Positions 61,316-64,000 of a stretch of DNA of 64,000 nucleotides are shown here, piece after piece. The position numbers were made by a program, and so were the translations under genes. Position 1 is the first letter of the stretch, and every line of letters begins with the position of its first letter. Source of the DNA: Octopus bimaculoides (Eukaryota); NCBI RefSeq assembly GCF_001194135.2, contig NC_068981.1, forward strand, positions 33,356,375-33,420,374. Direction: 5' to 3'. The notes under the pieces were generated by a model, which saw nothing but the letters and a program-made list of their open reading frames with translations, ran no database searches and was not told where the DNA came from.

Positions 61316-62104
61316 AAGTGAACAGCTTAGAAATATGAGTTTATGTAGATTCTGTATTTTGATTGCCAAACAAGCAAATATGACAGCAGCCGCAGTTTCT
61401 CAAAAATGGTGTTGCCAGTGGCCATGAAAGTCACAGTGGAGCAATAATGGATGGTTAGCTGTAGGTTGGCAGCAGTGGTGGTGAAGATAATTGTCTTGAT
61501 ATTGGTAGCAATGGTGGTACATGTCACAGTATTAGAAAGTGGTAGGGAGATTATACTCAATGAAATTGAAACCAATGAATCCAGACAGATGAAAGGCAAA
61601 GGATCAGCATTAAATATTGGTTTATGTAATTTAGAAATCAACCATACTACTTAACTCTACTTCATGTTCTTGGCCCTACAAAGTAAAAGTCAAAGTGGTC
61701 TTTGGTAGAATTTGAAATCAAGATGTAAGGAAATAAAACTAAATCATGCCTTGTAAGATTTGTCATATTTAGACGAAAATAACAGCAGTGACTCAACTAT
61801 TTATCATACTTCTAAGAGATCGATAAAATACTGAGGAATTGATACCAAATCACTTAAAGGATTCTTTTCAAATGAGGAACGTATTTTTCATATATTCAAA
61901 ATATAAGAATATCAGGAGCTTCTTTTGGAAATGCTGTTTAATTTGTCAAAAGTGGAAGATATGAAGATATTTTCTGTAGTGCATGGGAAGGTAACTTCTA
62001 CAGCAGAAAGGTACAGAGGTAGGTAGGTATTCAGGGAAGAAGTATGGGGAAAGTGCAAGGCTGAAGTTTTATAAGGTGGAAAAAAACAAGCTTTTTTTTC
62101 CTGA

Positions 62105-62255
62105 AGATGGTGAATTGGCAGAGTCATTAGAGTGTCAGACAGAACGCTTTGTAGTATTTGTTCCAACTCTTAGCACTCTGAATCCAAATACTGCCAAGGT
62201 GAACTTTGCCCTTTTTTTTCTATACAGAGTTGATTAAAAAAAAAAAAAAAGTATC
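62105..62255 (+). mobile_element. SINE B, 3'-truncated at the junction with the LINE
   Basis: Head GATGGTGAATTGGCAGAGTCATTAG..GGTGAACTTTGCCC.. Confidence 0.65.
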
Positions 62256-64000
62256 AATCAAAGGTCACTCTGACTGCATCTCAAGCAAGTCAGTCTGGTG
62301 TGTCTCGAACCATGCCTGTAGAGCTTATCCTGAACGGGTGATGCTTCTCAATGGCACTGCCAGACCAGGGATCTTTGGTGATTGTCCATAGGTCCTGGCC
62401 TGAAAGTTGTCCTGAACAGGCAGGTCAGGTGTACCTCGTCGACACCCAGATTCTGCCTGAGAACCTCATCGCACCTCCACTCCATTAATCCTCTATAGAA
62501 CACCTTTGTGGAATTGAAGTTACACAAGTTTGGTCCCAGACGGCAGAGTTGCTTGAGAGCAAGGTGGCACTCATGGTGCCATTCGCCTAGCCTCGGTCTC
62601 TGTTTGATCTACGACTACAGTTCGGCCAAAGAGACGAGCTGCAGGAAAGCGCGCTGCACAAACAGCGACCACACCTGTTCACCATCATCTATGAAGCCCC
62701 AGAAATGTCGCAGTTTCAGCACATGTCTGCGCATCATCAACTACAGCATGTCTAACCCTCCATTTAGCAGGTGTTGACAGCAAATGGATCACCTAACCAT
62801 CGGAATGCTTCCCTTCCACAAAAAGTGGAAGAGTATGCATTCCAGTTTGGTGATGGTAGGGTCAGGACAAGGTACGACAGTCAGACAAGAATTGATGACA
62901 GATACAATGTACGCGTTCGCCACCTCCAGCCGACCTTTTAGGGAGAGCTTTTTCTCGTGACCCATTGCTGGGTGAGAGTGGCCACCCTAGTCATTATCTC
63001 ACCCCAGTTGGAGGTCTGGACCAAACCAGACACTGAGCAATTTAATCAGTCTGTCAGTCCAGCATCCCACAATGGAGACACTGTTGGATGGCATGCGCTT
63101 GCTTCTCCAGGTGCTAAGCCACAAGGCCACTGACTTTTCCCGGTTAATTTTTGCTCCCGTTACTGCTTTGTATTCTTTTAGTGTCTCACCGACCAGGTCT
63201 ATATGCCTGTGGCTCGACACTATGATGGTGACGTCGTTCACGTATACAGACACGCTGCTCTTGCGGGATGCCCCTCAGCATCACCAGCTTCCGCAGTAGT
63301 GGATCATGAGTCAATATATACAGAAGTGACAAGAGGGGGCATCCTTGACGAACTGAACGCATGATGTTAAATGGTCTGGACAGATGACCATTTATGTGAA
63401 CTACCAAGTGGATGCCGTTGTATAAGGCAGCGATCCAACCGTGAAAGATGGGACCAAAACCAGCTGCTCTAAGGTCAGCCTCCAAGTAGTGATGGGCTAC
63501 CCTATCGAAAGCTTTTGATTGATCCAAACTGATCAGCGCCCCATCCATGCCAGGTTCCTTAACTACCCTGTCTATGATGTAGTGCATCAGATGGAGGTTG
63601 TCGTCGATACTCCTACCCAGCATGGCACACGTCTGCACCTTCTCGACCAGTTTCTCAATGACAAGCACCAACCTCTCAGCTGACACTTTGGCTAAAATCT
63701 TCAAATCTGCACCTGAAGGTATCTATGACATTCGCCTGGGCTTGAAGTTATCTATGACGTTCCCCTTGTTTGGATCTTTCTTTAGCAGTACCACTGCTCC
63801 TTACTTTACAAAGATGAGGATACTCCTGTTTTGCAGCCAGTTGCAGTAGACAACTGCCAAGATGCCTCCAAACAAGTCTGGCATATGACAATAAAGTTCA
63901 TAGGGCAGACCATCCAAGCCTGGTGACTTGTCTCCCGCACAGCCTGCCATTGCATCCTGTACGTCTGCAGGTGTGATGGATCTTTTACAACACTCTGCCT
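62236..64000 (-). pseudogene. Tx1-like (L1 clade) LINE ORF2 pseudogene: RT plus C-terminal region; continues beyond the window
   Basis: KSPGLDGLPYELY, LLKKDPNKGNVIDNFKP, ADLKILAK, ALISLDQSKAFDRV, SVRQGCPLLSLLY, SVYVNDVT (YADD box mutated), GAKINREKS, KLSLKGR, FLWKG, NGGL, DKLYRHG..TCLRCSQSD (start of the zinc knuckle); several stops and frameshifts. Confidence 0.93.

Overview
AT-rich, repeat-dense eukaryotic DNA from a gapped assembly (five N-runs). The repeat families (tRNA-headed SINEs with microsatellite hinges, RTE-type 3' tails ending in (ATG)n, many MITEs) look like those of octopus/coleoid cephalopod genomes; this taxon call is inference from pattern recall, not a search. I find no confidently identifiable host protein-coding gene, so the window is probably intronic or intergenic, and most of the supplied ORFs are microsatellite or repeat artefacts. 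The protein-coding relics I can support are a dead DD34D mariner (15919-17507, both TIRs and TA TSDs present), a Tx1/L1-clade LINE ORF2 pseudogene (62236-64000, minus) and several RTE-clade RT remnants. The main leads are: (1) a unique, GC-rich 47-bp-stem hairpin with pre-miRNA-like geometry inside a larger inverted SINE pair (59900-60007); (2) a spacerless 124-bp palindrome built from 21-bp modules next to the mariner (15755-15878); (3) a long-TIR foldback element (4025-4942); (4) a 5.7-kb island almost free of repeats, with minus-strand splice signals (32860-38575); (5) two decayed hammerhead-ribozyme-like motifs; and (6) signs of how the SINE families swap modules at their microsatellite hinge.
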